A stretch of DNA of 62,603 nucleotides, filler included, from Sphacelaria rigidula (taxonomy: Eukaryota): the NCBI GenBank assembly GCA_964200075.2. It is 8 parts of 8 records of this genome, joined end to end, with 100 filler letters (N's around TTAATTAATTAA, not from the genome) between each part and the next. Parts side by side here need not be neighbours in the genome. Positions count along the whole stretch, not along the records: positions 54,867 to 62,603 come from CAXNAA020013622.1; 7 more parts are not named here. The stretch is one strand, 5' to 3'. A program made the position numbers and the translations under genes. Below, one piece after another: positions 61,852-62,603 of this stretch (its first letter is position 1; every line of letters begins with the position of its first letter). The notes below the pieces were generated by a model that was not told the DNA's origin, did not search any database, and saw only the letters and a list, made by a program, of their open reading frames with translations.

Positions 61852-62572
61852 TGTCAGGGAAATTGTATGTATGAATGCAAGCAATCAGACACAGATTTAC
61901 CTTTGTTGACGATTGCAGCAACTAGTCTCAGTCTGGGCAGTAGCAGCAGTAGCAGTACAGGTGCAACCAAAAGAAGGATCTGACTAGTACACTGGTTGCT
62001 GTATCTCCGTAGAACTTGCTGTAAGTATGCTGAATTATTCTGGAAACACTTCCAGAACGTTCTTCGTCGATCTAGATGATTCTGGATTCTGTGTATGTGG
62101 GGGAGTGTTGGAATATTCAATGTCAGTCATTGGTAACGACTACTATCTATCGTAGGTTATCATAAACAAGTAAGAAATCATTTCAGTGGTCCAGAAATAG
62201 TCTGCGGTATATTTTGCGGTACATTATGTTTCCAGAACAAGTTGTCGGGGGATTAATCGGGAGTTATCGCTTGTAATATCCCACGAGTGTTCTAGACGTG
62301 TGGAAGTTCTGGAAGTTCATTAGCTGATCGGTAGGCCCGCACACTTGGTGCTCGCCCACCTGATCACTCTCCTCTACTACTTCTCTTCTTCATCGCCATG
62401 AGCGAATACTTGACTTCGGGAGTCAGTCAATAATAAACATCTTAATTTCTTCAGTCACATTCTCTGATGGATCGAACCGTGGCCCGAGTGTAATCCTCCG
62501 CGGTAGGCTACTCAGTCTACAAAGCACACGCAGCACAGCACCGCTGCAGCTGCAGGACGCTTTACACTCTCA
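61852..62572 (+). repeat. LTR copy 2 (721 bp), again followed by the PBS and leader
   Basis: Direct repeat of 57790-58510; 62573-62603 equals 58511-58541. Confidence 0.95.
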
Positions 62573-62603
62573 GGTTATGAGCCTCGCTTAAACGCGTACA
62601 CCA

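Larger units (their letters stand above)
57790..62572 (+). mobile_element. Non-autonomous Ty1/copia derivative (LARD-like), 4783 bp, with near-identical LTRs
   Basis: Two 721-bp TG...CA LTRs, PBS GGTTATGAGCC and a PPT-like GAGGGGTCG. Only short gag, RT and RNase H remnants remain inside. Confidence 0.92.

Overview
This window is eukaryotic, repeat-rich DNA, most likely from a brown alga or related stramenopile (inferred from repeat style and intron-rich gene structure; not proven). It is not one locus. It is eight size-sorted contigs (7739, 7738 x5, 7737 x2 bp) joined by 100-bp N spacers that each carry TTAATTAATTAA, so nothing can be inferred across the joins. Contig 1 holds a decayed Ty1/copia element. 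Contig 3 holds the 3' part of a multi-exon host gene, tentatively Integrator subunit 1-like. Contig 4 holds a complete but internally deleted Ty3/gypsy element with both LTRs and a 4-bp TSD. Contig 8 holds a related gypsy fragment next to a young non-autonomous copia derivative with near-identical 721-bp LTRs. There are also a 5'-truncated LINE, two tRNA-derived SINEs, (AATC)n-tailed retroposon ends, a G-rich complex satellite and several tandem or inverted duplications. The most notable observations are: (1) the copia derivative has a primer-binding site after both LTRs, suggesting a head-to-tail tandem array, and carries a 52/54-bp higher-order repeat; (2) a ~520-bp SINE-like family shares its 3' end with a zinc-finger LINE; (3) an inverted pair of diverged segments preserves the peptide GPMGSGSWHEWK through synonymous changes only. 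I found no CRISPR array, rRNA or intact tRNA gene. All calls were made by eye, without database searches.
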